Shown here in pieces: positions 11,945 to 24,112 of a DNA stretch of 64,000 bases. Every line of letters starts with the position of its first letter. The first letter of the stretch is position 1. The position numbers and the translations under genes were made by a program. The stretch is taken from contig NIVC01003566.1 in NCBI GenBank assembly GCA_002269645.1, forward strand, positions 1 through 64,000. The letters run 5' to 3'. The notes under the pieces were generated by a model. That model ran no database searches and was not told where the DNA came from. It saw only the letters and a list, made by a program, of their open reading frames with translations. The DNA comes from Macrostomum lignano. Taxonomy: Eukaryota.

Positions 11945-13830
11945 TCAGTCCTGGAGAATCTGCCTCTCTGCTCTCCCTCAGTCCTTGAGAATCTGCCTCT
12001 CTACTCTCCCTCAGTCCTTGAGAATCTGCCTCTCTACTCTTCCTCAGTCCCTGAGAATCTGCCTCTCTACTCTCTTTCAGTCCTTGAGAATCTGCCTCTC
12101 TGCTCTCCCTCAGTCCTTGAGAATCTGCCTCTCTACTCTCCCTCAGTCCTTGAGAATCTGCCTCTCTGCTCTCCCTCAGTCCTTGAGAATCTGCCTCTCT
12201 ACTCTCTTTCAGTCCTAGAGAATCTGCCTCTCTACTTTCCATTAATCCTTGAGAATCTGCCTCTCTACTTTCCCTCAATGCTTGAGAATCTGCCTCTCTA
12301 CTCTCCCTCAGTCCTTGAGTATCTGCCTCTCTACTCTCTTTCAGTCCTAGAGAATCTGCCTCTCTACTCTCCATTAATCCTTGAGAATCTGCCTCTCTAC
12401 TCTCCCTCAATGCTTGAGAATCTGCCTCTCTACTCTCCCTCAGTCCTCGAGAATCTGCCTCTCTACTCTCTTTCAGTCCTTGAGAATCTGCCTCTCTACT
12501 ATCCCTCAGTCCTTGAGAATCTGCCTCTCTACTCTCTTTCAGTCCTTGGGAATCTGCCTCTCTACTCTCCATCAGTCCTTGAGAATCTGCCTCTCTACTC
12601 TCTTTCAGTCCTTGAGAATCTGCCTCTCTACTCTCCATCAGTCCTTGAGAATCTGCCTCTCTGCTCTCCCTCAGTCCTTGAGAATCTGCCTCTTTACTCT
12701 CTATCAGTCCTTGAGAATCTGCCTCTCTACTCTCTATCAGTCCTTGAGAATCTGCCTCTCTGCTCTCCCTCAGTCCTTGAGAATCTGCCTCTCTACTCTC
12801 TATCAGTCCTTGAGAATCTGCCTCTCTACTCTCCATCAGTCCTTGAGAATCTGCCTCTCTACTCTCCATCAGTCCTTGAGAATCTGCCTCTCTGCTCTCC
12901 CTCAGTCCTTGAGAATCTGCCTCTCTACTCTCCCTCAGTTCTTGAGAATCTGCCTCTCTACTATCCCTCAGTCCTTGAGAATCTGCCTCTCTACTATCCC
13001 TCAGTCCTTGAGAATCTGCCTCTCTACTCTCTTTCAGTCCTTGGGAATCTGCCTCTCTACTCTCCATCAGTCCTTGAGAATCTGCCTCTCTACTCTCTTT
13101 CAGTCCTTGAGAATCTGCCTCTCTACTCTCCATCAGTCCTTGAGAATCTGCCTCTCTGCTCTCCCTCAGTCCTTGAGAATCTGCCTCTCTACTCTCTATC
13201 AGTCCTTGAGAATCTGCCTCTCTACTCTCCATCAGTCCTTGAGAATCTGCCTCTCTACTCTCCATCAGTCCTTGAGAATCTGCCTCTCTGCTCTCCCTCA
13301 GTCCTTGAGAATCTGCCTCTCTACTCTCCCTCAGTTCTTGAGAATCTGCCTCTCTACTCTCCCTCAGTCCTTGAGAATCTGCCTCTCTGCTCTCCCTCAG
13401 TCCTTGAGAATCTGCCTCTCTGCTCTCCCTCAGTCCTTGAGAATCTGCCTCTCTACTCTCTATCAGTCCTTGAGAATCTGCCTCTCTACTCTCCATCAGT
13501 CCTTGAGAATCTGCCTCTCTACTCTCCATCAGTCCTTGAGAATCTGCCTCTCTGCTCTCCCTCAGTCCTTGAGAATCTGCCTCTCTACTCTCCCTCAGTC
13601 CTTGAGAATCTGCCTCTCTACTCTCCCTCAGTCCTTGAGAATCTGCCTCTCTACTCTCTTTCAGTCCTTGAGAATCTGCCTCTCTACTCTCCCTCAGTCC
13701 TTGAGAATCTGCCTCTCTACTCTTTTTCAGTCCTTGAGAATCTGCCTCTCTACTCTCCCTCACTCCTTGAGAATCTGTCTCTTTACTCTTCATTTATCCT
13801 TGAGAATCTGCCTCTCCACTCTCCCTTAGT
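11945..13830. repeat. 33-bp minisatellite (TCAGTCCTTGAGAATCTGCCTCTCTACTCTCCC), about 57 copies
   Basis: Tandem units; length is a multiple of 3, which explains the long ORFs in several frames; internal multi-unit block duplications. Confidence 0.97.
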
Positions 13831-14703
13831 CTCAGAGAATCTGCTTATCTGCTTTCCTCTCTGCAACTGCAAAGTCCCTGAAACTGCAACCTTTCCAAAA
13901 GGGTTCTTTAGCGCCCTCTAGTTTGAAAAAACCCTATTTTATAAAAATAGCATAGCCTACAATAGTACTATTCAAGCAACCAGATCTGTACACGAAATCC
14001 TGTACCCATTTTAATTTCCGATCTGAATCCACTTTTCCCGAAATACATCTCTGCACTTTTACATTTTTCACGTTCCTCTTTTCAGGACCCAGTGTTGATC
14101 AACTTTTCTCTTCATTTTCAGTAATCGATCACTCAGCAAAAGCATATTTTAATCTCCTAGTTACTCTGTTAGAAGTTACAAATTACAAATCATTGACCAG
14201 TCAGGGTGGGGGGGGGCAGCCCCCTCCCTTCAGCGGAGACCTGGAAAAAATGAAGGGTCACCAAGCGCATATTTGCCAATATTGAGAGCCATCCCCTCCG
14301 CCAACCCCTTTTGGGCTTTTACCCTCCAGAATCGGCCTAATCAGCAATGAAAAGGCACGCGTTCTAAAAAGATCCTTAGGAAAAATTGTGTTTCATGAAT
14401 GCTGCTTTCTAAGAAAAGCGCTGACTGCCTTAGCCATTCGTAAGCCTGCACCGATCAAGTGCTTGGCTTCAGTTTACCTACTGAGTTAATTCACCCGAGC
14501 AAACAGGTGTTACCTTCCTTAATCCTGTGCACGCTCTGGGCCCAACTGGCCCGGAACTTTGGGCGGCAAATTAATCTGCCATATGTTTTCTTCAGACCCA
14601 AGCAACTAATGCGCAGTGCTGTGAATCGTTCTGTCCGAAGGACTGTGCAGTCTTATACACTTATTTACAGGATTAGTGAATGTATTTGCGATTTGAAAGG
14701 GTG

Positions 14704-15150
14704 CCTGTAGGCTACTGTATCTGTGCTGTAGGCTACTGTATCTGTGCTGTAGGCTACTGTATCTGTGCTGTAGGCTACTGTATCTGTGCTGTAGGCTACT
14801 GTATCTGTGCTGTAGGGTTCTGTATCTTTGCTGTAGGGTTCTGTATCTGTGCTGTAGGCTACTGTATCTGTGCTGTAGGCTACTGTATGTGTGCTGTAGG
14901 CTACTGTATCTGTGCTGTAGGCTACTGTATCTGTGCTGTAGGCTACTGTATGTGTGCTGTAGGCTACTGTATCTGTGCTGTAGGCTACTGCATGTGTGCT
15001 GTAGGCTACTGTATCTGTGCTGTAGGGTTCTGTATCTGTACTTCAGGCTACTGTATCTGTGCTGTAGGGTTCTGTATCTGTGCTGTACAATTTCTGTATC
15101 TGTGCTGTAGGCTACTGTATCTGTGCTGTAGGCTACTGTATCTGTGCTGT
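14704..15150. repeat. 21-bp minisatellite (TGTAGGCTACTGTATCTGTGC), about 21 copies
   Basis: Tandem units read directly. Confidence 0.95.
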
Positions 15151-15814
15151 TGAGAGTGCTAAATGTTTTCTGTAGTACATGCTGTTGTGGGCAGTGCACA
15201 GAAAGGTTGTTTTATGATTTCAATATCTGCCGTGCATTCCCACATTCCTCGGCACGCCTTAAGTCAGGCTTCGAGGAATAGAAAATAATAATGCGTATAA
15301 AAATCGATTTTTGAGTTACGTGACCCGACTGCCATTTTTGAAGCCAGAAATGCAGTATTGGCTTCGTTTGACTTGTTTGGCAAGTAAGCGGTGTGCTTTC
15401 AGTTTTGTCCATGACTGACCATGAATAAAAAGAAAGGGTATAATTTGATGGACCACAGTTTCCTGTTTTTAGCACTAAAGTGACCATTCTCTCTTAATTT
15501 CTGAAATTTGTGAGTTTAACATCCTTGTATATCCTTGTACTTTAGTTGTCAGTGTTTGGAGAAAAATGGAATACATAATTGTTTGTATGATTCAATGCTA
15601 TATTTAGCTGGTAGACATGCTATTCCTGCATGATGTTTGCCTTGGGTACACAAGTTTTTTAAAAGTTTGCTTGCATATGTCGATCTCCGAAAACGGGCAA
15701 TCGGTTGCTGGGCAAACTTTTGCTTTGAAAGTGCAGCTTGACATGAAATGAAGAGGCCATTCTGCATGTTACTTGGTGGACTAGTGTATGTAGCTGCATG
15801 CTGCTAGCGAACCC

Positions 15815-16876
15815 TCTGTAGCTGGCGCCCCCTGCTGTAGCTGGCGCCCCTGCTGTAGCTGGCGCCCCTGCTGTAGCTGGCGCCCCTGCTGTAGCTGGCG
15901 CCCCTGCTGTAGCTGGCGCCCCCTCTGTCGCTAGCGCCCCCTCTGTAGCTGGCGCCCCCTCTGTAGCAGGCGCCCCCTCTGTAGCTGGCGCCCCTGCTGT
16001 AGCTGGCGCCCCCTCTGTAGCTGGCGCCCCTGCTGTAGCTGGCGCCCCCTCTGTCGCTAGCGCCCCCTCTGTAGCTGGCGCCCCCTCTGTAGCAGGCGCC
16101 CCCTCGTAGCTGGCGCCCCTCTGTAGCTGGCGCCCCCTCTGTCGCTGCATGGCGCCCCTCTGTCGCTGGCGCCCCCTCTGTAGCTGGCGCCCCCTCTGTC
16201 GCTGCATGGCGCCCCTCTGTAGCTGGCGCCCCCTCTGTAGCTGGCGCCCCCTCTGTCGCTGGCGCCCCCTCTGTCGCTGGCGCCCCCTCTGTAGCTGGCG
16301 CCCCCTCTGTAGCTGGCGCCCCCTCTGTCGCTGCATGGCGCCCCTCTGTAGCTGGCGCCCCCTCTGTAGCTGGCACCCCTTCTGTAGCTGGCACCCCTTC
16401 TGTAGCTGGCGCCCCCTCTGTAGCTGGCGCCCCCTCTGTCGCTGGCGCCCCCTCTGTCGCTGGCGCCCCCTCTGTAGCTGGCGCCCCCTCTGTCGCTGCA
16501 TGGCGCCCCTCTGTAGCTGGCGCCCCCTCTGTAGCTGGCGCCCCCTCTGTCGCTAGCGCCCCCTCTGTAGCTGGCGCCCCCTCTGTCGCTGCATGGCGCC
16601 CCTCTGTAGCTGGCGCCCCCTCTGTAGCTGGCGCCCCCTCTGTCGCTGCATGGCGCCCCTCTGTAGCTGGCGCCCCCTCTGTCGCTGCATGGCGCCCCTC
16701 TGTAGCTGGCGCCCCCTCTGTAGCTGGCACCCCTTCTGTAGCTGGCGCCCCTCTGTAGCTGGCGCCCCCTCTGTAGCTGGCGCCCCCTCTGTAGCTGGTG
16801 CCCCCTCTGTCGCTGGCGCCCCCTCTGTAGCTGGCGCCCCTCTGTAGCTGGCGCCCCCTTTGTAGCTGGCGCCCTA
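15815..16876. repeat. GC-rich 17-19-bp minisatellite (TGTAGCTGGCGCCCCCTC) with longer variant units
   Basis: Tandem units read directly. Confidence 0.95.
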
Positions 16877-17422
16877 TGAAAGACATTTGTAACACATGAG
16901 GCAAAATTTAGTACCAAAAACCGCAAAATATCTCCTATAGTTAGCTACTCGTAGTTTAGCTAAAGAGATTTTGACCAGCCGAAGGTGCAAGAAGCAAAAC
17001 TTCTGAGAGCAAAAATCCTCAAGGCCTAATATTTGCCTATCCGTGAAAGTCAACAGTCAGCTTATCTACAGTGTTTACGAAATTCTTAGCAAGATTATTT
17101 TCCACCTACGAGCGTACTACTCGTAGTATATGGACGGCTTACTACATTAATAAGATATGACTTAATTATTCGAATTTGTCTTCAACCCGTTGTTAACACG
17201 TATTTTTTTATAAAATATTTAGGCGAACTCATTACTAGCATAAAAAAAATTTTCAATCAACAATCATGATGATATAATCTCATGGGAGTTCATTCGGAAG
17301 GCTTCAGAATATGCTTTTCGAGTAAGCTATTTTGAAATTCTTTTTTAGAGACTTGGAGCTGCAGACACTGATGCAGTACACTTGCCTGATCAGAGAGAAA
17401 TTCGAAATGCCACATCGACCAG

Positions 17423-17560
17423 CAGGTAGAGGTAGCGTAGAGAGAGGTAGTGTAGAGAGAGGTAGTGTAGAGAGAGGTAGTATAGAGAGAGGTAGTGTAG
17501 AGAGAGGTAGTGTAGAGAGAGGTAGTGTAGAGAGAGGTAGTGTAGAGAGAGGTAGTGTTT
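17423..17560. repeat. 15-bp minisatellite (AGAGAGGTAGTGTAG), about 9 copies
   Basis: Tandem units read directly. Confidence 0.9.
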
Positions 17561-17664
17561 AGAGCTTACAATTCTGAAACAGTGGCAAAGACAACATAAC
17601 AGCAAGCGTTACTCGTATGAGTTTTTTGTGTGCAACGGCACTAGTGGAGGGAAAGGGAAGTCTA

Positions 17665-18154
17665 ATCAAAGGGAATCTTCTGTAGCTATCCAGCTAGTCT
17701 AATCAAATGGAATCTTCTGTAGCTATCCAGCTAGTCTAATCAAATGGAATCTTTTGTAGCAATCCAGCTAGTCTAATCAAAGGGAATCTTCTGTAGCTAT
17801 CCAGCTAGTCTAATCAAAGGGAATCTTCTGTAGCTATCCAGCTAGTCTAATCAAAGGGAATCTTCTGTAGCTATCCAGCTAGTCTAATCAAAGGGAATCT
17901 TCTGTAGCTATCCAGCTAGTCTAATCAAAGGGAATCTTCTGTAGCTATCCAGCTGGTCTAATCAAATGGAATCTTCTGTAGCTATCCAGCTAGTCTAATC
18001 AAAGGGAATCTTCTGTAGCTATCCAGCTAGTCTAATCAAAGGGAATCTTCTGTAGCTATCCAGCTAGTCTAATCAAAGGGAATCTTCTGTAGCTATCCAG
18101 CTAGTCTAATCAAAGGGAATCTTCTGTAGCTATCCAGCTAGTCTAATCAAAGGG
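17665..18154. repeat. 37-bp satellite (GGGAATCTTCTGTAGCTATCCAGCTAGTCTAATCAAA), left part, about 13 copies
   Basis: Array interrupted by the Gypsy insertion and resumes in phase at 22616. Confidence 0.97.
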
Positions 18155-18401
18155 TGTAATGACTTTGTTTGTGTTGTGTGGGGTTCTGGGGGTTGCTGCG
18201 TACACTTTACCATCGTGCCCTTTAACTCTCTCCTTCGCTTGTTCTTTTGTGCGTACGTGCACGTGACTAATATGTCTATTTTACAGTCCCCAAATTATTG
18301 ATCGGTTAAAATGCTATTTCGACAAATACATAAATGAATGATGTTATCATGCTATCGCATAAGCATCTTTCTGCCACGCAAACTAAGTGAAGTCTTTACA
18401 G

Positions 18402-18412
18402 TGGCGACGAGG
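18402..18412 (+). other. Primer-binding site TGGCGACGAGG, complementary to the 3' end of tRNA-Ser(GCT)
   Basis: One base after the 5' LTR; the tRNA assignment rests on a recalled eukaryotic tRNA-Ser 3' end (CCTCGTCGCCA). Confidence 0.8.
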
Positions 18413-18413
18413 C

Positions 18414-21400
18414 ATGAGCTTGGTTGGCTCAATAGAACCCTATGAAGAGGGCACTGAAAAGTGGATTCAGTACCAAGAAAGACTGGAGCAGTATTTTGAG
18501 GCCAATGATATCAAAGAAGAGAAGAAGCGTGCCGTTCTCCTTAGCGTCTGCGGCAAGAAGACGTATCAGTTGCTTGCCAGCCTGCTGTCTCCAGAGTCGC
18601 CTGCCCAGTCCAGCTACACAGCGATCTGCGCTAAGCTGAAAGAGCATTTCGACCCTGAGCCCCCTGAGATCGTGCTACGTTACCGTTTCTACTCCAGGAG
18701 TCGCCGAGTTGGTGAATCGATTGCGGATTTTCTCGCGGATCTTCGCAGACTGGCACGGGACTGCAACTTCGGCGGCAGCCTGAATGACATGATCAGAGAC
18801 CGGCTCGTGCTTGGCATCGCTGATGACAACATCCAGCGAAGGCTTCTTTCGGAGAAGAAGCTGACTCTCGAAACCGCAATATCTCTGGCGCAAGCTCAAG
18901 CGTCGGCCGCTGAGGGCAATCTTCTCGTGATGAAATCTGCGAGTCAGGACGCCTTTCAGATAGCACACCAGCCACAGTCCACTAGACGCTGCTTTCGTTG
19001 CCGGTCGCAGCGGCACGTCGCGGCGAAGTGCCCGTTTGCTGACAAGAAGTGCTTCAACTGTTCGAAGGTGGGCCATACGGCTGCTGCCTGTAAGTCTCCT
19101 GCGGGTTCGAATCGTCGCATGGACCATAATGTGAGAGAGGTTGAGGTCGATGAAGAAGAGGCACATTCGCTGCACGTGATGGCTGAACGGTGTGGGAAGA
19201 TTCCACCGATCGAGACCACGGTCATCATCGAAGGCACGCCAGTTCGGATGGAGGTCGACACGGGTGCATCTGTCTCGCTCATATCTTCAGAAACATTTCG
19301 CTCAGAGCTGCGGGAAGGACCAAAGCTAGAACCTGCCAACACTAAGCTGCGCACCTACTCAGGAGAGCCGGTCCCCCTGCTAGGTAAAATTACCGTCCGA
19401 GTGCAAGCTGCCGGAGCTGCCAAGGAGCTTCCACTGCTCGTAGTCGAGGGCTCTGGTTCGAACCTGATCGGCCGTGACTGGCTGGCATGTTTGTCGCTGG
19501 ACTGGCGCAGCATCAACCAGGTGCGAAAAGACAGTGAGCACCCTGGAATCCGCGCCCTGCTGGATCAGTATGCCGAGGTTTTCGAGCCGGGACTCGGCAA
19601 GTACAACGGACCGCCTGTGCAGCTGCATCTGAAAGCCGGGGCCCGGCCTCGATTTTTCAAGGCACGCAACGTCCCGTTTGCTCTTAAGACTAAGGTGGAG
19701 GCTCAGCTCGACAAGGAAATTGAGCAAGGTGTGCTCAGACCAGTCAACAACTCGGACTACGCCTCGCCGATTGTGCCAGTGCTCAAGTCGGACGGTTCAA
19801 TACGCATCTGTGCCGACTTCAAACAAACGGTAAATCTCTGTGTTGAACCTGACAAATATCCGCTACCGAGAATCGAAGAGCTTTTTGCTAAGCTGGCAGG
19901 TGGGAAAAAATTTACGAAGCTCGACTTGTCGCAAGCCTATTCTCAACTGCCACTGGACGAAGCAGCCCAAGAGATTTGTACAATTAATACGTCCAAAGGC
20001 CTTCTGCGCTACACCCGTCTGCCTTTTGGAGTTGCTCCGGCCGTTGGTATTTTCCAACGACACATGGACAATCTGCTGCAGTCGATTCCGCATGTCGCCT
20101 GTTTTATCGACGATCTGATCATCACCGGTGTTGACGACGAAAGTCACTTGCGCTCACTAGAGTCAGTGCTCAAGAAATTGCACCAAAGCGGACTGCGCTG
20201 CGGCCTGAGCAAGTGCGACTTCATGCAGGACAGTGTCAGCTATCTGGGCCACCGGATAGACGCTGACGGTCTGCATCCGCTACCGGACAAGGTTCGTGCC
20301 ATCGCCGACGCTCCAGCACCACGAGACGTGACATAGCTTCGCAGTTTTCTTGGACTTGTCAACTATTACGGGAAGTTCATGCCCAACTTGTCCGCGGAGC
20401 TGTCGCCGCTGCATCGTCTGCTCAACCAAGGTGCCCAGTGGCGCTGGGGCACTCAACAGGAGACCGCATTTAGGAAGTGCAAGTCGCTTCTCAGCAAAGC
20501 GCCGGTCCTCGCGCACTTCGACGAAAGTAAGCCGCTGATCCTGGAGTGCGACGCGTCGCCCTACGGCGTCGGAGCGGTCATCAGTCATCGGATTGATGGT
20601 ATCGATCAGCCGATCGCGTTCGCTTCGCGCTCTTTGCACGATGCTGAGACCAGGTACTCCCAGTTGGACAAAGAGGCTCTGGTGGTCATTTTCGGAGTGA
20701 AGCGGTTTCATGCGTATCTGTACGGCCGGAAGTTTACACTGATCAGCGACCACAAACCGCTATTGGGTCTGCTACACGAGTCCAAGCCGATTCCAGCAAT
20801 GGCATCCGGTCGAATTCAAAGGTGGGCGCTCATCCTGGCAGGCTACAGCTACACGATGGAGCACCGATCAGGTCGGTCGCTGCTCCGTGCGGACGCGCTG
20901 AGTCGACTGCCGCTGCCAGAGAGACCAGCAAAGGCACCGACACCAGCCGATGTGGTGCTAGTCATGGACACGCTTGATGAGGGACCAGTGACTGCCGGAG
21001 ACATTCGAGCTTTGACTAGAACGGACCCGATTCTGTCCAAGGTGCTGCAGTTCACAGAGTCTGGCTACTGGCCCGAGCGAGTAACTCAAGAGCTACAGCC
21101 GTTCAAAAATCGGGCTAATCAGCTGAGTGTCCAAGATGGCTGTCTCCTCTGGGGCACAAGAGTGGTGATACCGCAAGCTGGCCGCCCGGCGCTTCTGCAG
21201 TGCCTGCACCAAGGACACCAGGGCGCCTCTAGAATGAAGGCACTCGCCCGCAGTTTTTTCTGGTGGCCAAAGCTGGATGAATCCATTGAGCACCTGTCCA
21301 GTGCGTGCTCCGAGTGCCGTGAGCTGCTGAAGTCACCGGCGCCGGTTCCGCTGCACCCATGGGCATGGCCGGACAGACCCTGGTCGCGTCTTCATCTCGA

Positions 21401-22278
21401 CTTTGCTGGTCCGGTAGAAGGAAAAATGCTTCTGGTGATCGTGGACGCTCATTCGAAGTGGATGGAAGTTCATGTAATGATGTCGACGACTTCAACGGCC
21501 ACGATTCAGAGACTGCGGGCAGAGTTTCGCTACTCACGGTCTGCCAGACATCGTCGTTACGGACAACGGGCCAAATCTAGTCAGCGAAGAGATGAGCGAA
21601 TTTCTACGGAAAAACGGCATTCGGCACGTGCGAACTGCACCGTATCACCCAGCATCCAACGGCCAGGCGGAGCGCGCGGTGCAAACGCTGAAGAAGTCGC
21701 TGGCCAAGCAGAAGGGCGGCTCGCTCGAAGACCGAGTAGCGCGGTTCCTGCTGACATACCGCGTGACGCCACATGCCACGACTGGCACGCCGCCGTGCGA
21801 GCTGCTGATGGGAAGGCGACTGCGCTCTCTGCTCGATCGAGTGCGTCCTGACGTGCCGGCCAGGGTTGCTGTGCAGCAAGCGATGCAGAAGCAGCATCAC
21901 GACGCCAACGCTCACGATCGCCGCATTGAGGTCGGCGATGCCGTGGTTGCCAGAGACTTCGCTGATGACGGCAGATGGAAGCCGGCGGTGGTGACTGCGA
22001 GCTCTGGAGCAGCGTCGTTCTCGTGCCACTTTGATGACGGCCGGGAGGTCCAACGGCACATCGACCAAGTTCGCAGACCCGCGGATGCTGTACCGGCTGG
22101 CGAAGTTCCCGAGGCTGAGCCGGTCGCTGATCCGCCGGAAGATCCGCCAGCAGCGGCCGGCGCAGCTGTTGCCCCCGGCCTGGCGGTCGCCTGCGACGCC
22201 ACGAATGCGAGCGATTTGGCATTGCCGCGGCGCTCGACCAGGATTCGAACTGAGCCTAATCGACTGTGTTACCAGTGA
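18414..22278 (+). pseudogene. Single-frame gag-pol, disabled by one stop and one frameshift
   Basis: Two CCHC knuckles (CFRC..H..C, CFNC..GH...C), protease DTGAS, RT FIDD, RNase H CDAS, integrase HHCC and D,D35E (LDFAGP, VTDNG, GQAERAV). In-frame TAG at 20334-20336; +1 frameshift near 21525 (FATHGLPDIVVTDNG in the shifted frame). Confidence 0.93.
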
Positions 22279-22360
22279 CTGTGATTCCGTTATTTGGTGC
22301 TCTTTGAGTTGCGGACTAAATAGTTTCTTTTAATTCCTGTTCCCTGCTTCTGCAGTTGTT

Positions 22361-22369
22361 GGGGAGGAG
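22361..22369 (+). other. Polypurine tract GGGGAGGAG
   Basis: Abuts the 3' LTR. Confidence 0.9.
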
Positions 22370-22615
22370 TGTAGTGACTTTGTTTGTGTTGTGTGGGGTG
22401 CTGGGGGTTGCTGCGTACACTTTACCATCGTGCCCTTTAACTCTCTCCTTCGCTTGTTCTTTTGTGCGTACGTGCACGTGACTAATATGTCTATTTTACA
22501 GTCCCCAAATTATTGATCGGTTAAAATGCTATTTCGACAAATACATAAATGAATGATGTTATCATGCTATCGCATAAGCATCTTTCTGCCACGCAAACTA
22601 AGTGAAGTCTTTACA

Positions 22616-23690
22616 AAGGGAATCTTCTGTAGCTATCCAGCTAGTCTAATCAAAGGGAATCTTCTGTAGCTATCCAGCTAGTCTAATCAAAGGGAATCTT
22701 CTGTAGCTATCCAGCTAGTCTAATCAAAGGGAATCTTCTGTAGCTATCCAGCTAGTCTAATCAAAGGGAATCTTCTGTAGCTATCCAGCTAGTCTAATCA
22801 AAGGGAATCTTCTGTAGCTATCCAGCTAGTCTAATCAAATGGAATCTTCTGTAGCTATCCAGCTAGTCTAATCAAAGGGAATCTTCTGTAGCTATCCAGC
22901 TGGTCTAATCAAAGGGAATCTTCTGTAGCTATCCAGCTAGTCTAATCAAAGGGAATCTTCTGTAGCTATCCAGCTGGTCTAATCAAAGGGAATCTTCTGT
23001 AGCTATCCAGCTAGTCTAATTAAATGGAATCTTCTGTAGCTATCCAGCTAGTCTAATCAAAGGGAATCTTCTGTAGCTATCCAGCTGGTCTAATCAAAGG
23101 GAATCTTCTGTAGCTATCCAGCTGGTCTAATCAAAGGGAATCTTCTGTAGCTATCCAGCTAGTCTAATTAAATGGAATCTTCTGTAGCTATCCAGCTAGT
23201 CTAATCAAAGGGAATCTTCTGTAGCTATCCAGCTGGTCTAATCAAAGGGAATCTTCTGTAGCTATCCAGCTGGTCTAATCAAAGGGAATCTTCTGTAGCT
23301 ATCCAGCTAGTCTAATTAAATGGAATCTTCTGTAGCTATCCAGCTAGTCTAATCAAAGGGAATCTTCTGTAGCTATCCAGCTGGTCTAATCAAAGGGAAT
23401 CTTCTGTAGCTATCCAGCTGGTCTAATCAAAGGGAATCTTCTGTAGCTATCCAGCTAGTCTAATTAAATGGAATCTTCTGTAGCTATCCAGCTAGTCTAA
23501 TCAAAGGGAATCTTCTGTAGCTATCCAGCTGGTCTAATCAAAGGGAATCTTCTGTAGCTATCCAGCTGGTCTAATCAAAGGGAATCTTCTGTAGCTATCC
23601 AGCTGGTCTAATCAAAGGGAATCTTCTGTAGCTATCCAGCTGGTCTAATCAAAGGGAATCTTCTGTAGCTATCCAGCTAGTCTAATAGAG
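22616..23690. repeat. 37-bp satellite, right part, about 29 copies, with a 148-bp higher-order repeat
   Basis: Variant TAAATGG recurs at 23021, 23169, 23317 and 23465. Confidence 0.97.
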
Positions 23691-23801
23691 GGAATCTTTT
23701 TTGTTGTTTTTCAATTAGTGTAATGGGGATCTTCTGTAGCTATCTAGTTAGTTTAGTATGGAAATGGTTGGGATTGCATTTTAGTTTGTACTCAGTGCTC
23801 C

Positions 23802-23809
23802 CTCTCTCT

Positions 23810-23872
<63 letters not shown>
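23802..23872. repeat. (CT)n microsatellite
   Basis: Read directly. Confidence 0.97.
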
Positions 23873-23877
<5 letters not shown>

Positions 23878-24112
23878 GCTGTTTAATCTCAAATAGTATC
23901 AAGTAAATATTGAATAAAAGTTTTGCATTAGAGCCATCCGCTTGAAAATACAGAGTGCATAGATTGTATTTTGCTGACTGTATCAGGAATATTTGTAGGT
24001 TACCTGCTAATCTAATGGCGAAATATTTTGTTTAAATTCAACGAGTCCAACTAATCTAATTAGGTCTTCCTCAACTCCAACAATTCGCGGGTGTCAGCGG
24101 AGGCCAACAGTT

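Larger units (their letters stand above)
18155..22615 (+). mobile_element. Full-length Ty3/Gypsy LTR retrotransposon (Mag-like), 4461 bp
   Basis: 246-bp LTRs (18155-18400, 22370-22615), TG..CA, 2 mismatches; 5-bp TSD AAGGG (18150-18154, 22616-22620); PBS, PPT; gag-PR-RT-RH-IN domain order. Confidence 0.98.

Noticed and set aside
11802-13921. Long ORFs of 482-672 aa
   Set aside because: They arise in several frames and on both strands from a stop-free 33-bp unit, with no unique coding flanks
15815-16876. CTCF-like motif (CAGAGGGGGCGC on the minus strand) in the repeat unit
   Set aside because: Only a partial match in a GC-rich unit; CTCF is reported lost in studied flatworms; no supporting data
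14606-16926. Repeat ORFs such as GAPATE and AVGYCIC
   Set aside because: Translations of the 21-bp and 17-19-bp minisatellites
20334-20336. Programmed readthrough of the TAG in pol
   Set aside because: It lies between RT and RNase H, not at the gag-pol boundary; a CAG-to-TAG mutation or read error is simpler
18429-22333. Antisense and alternate-frame ORFs inside the Gypsy element
   Set aside because: Shadows of GC-rich pol coding sequence, with no env-like or other domain
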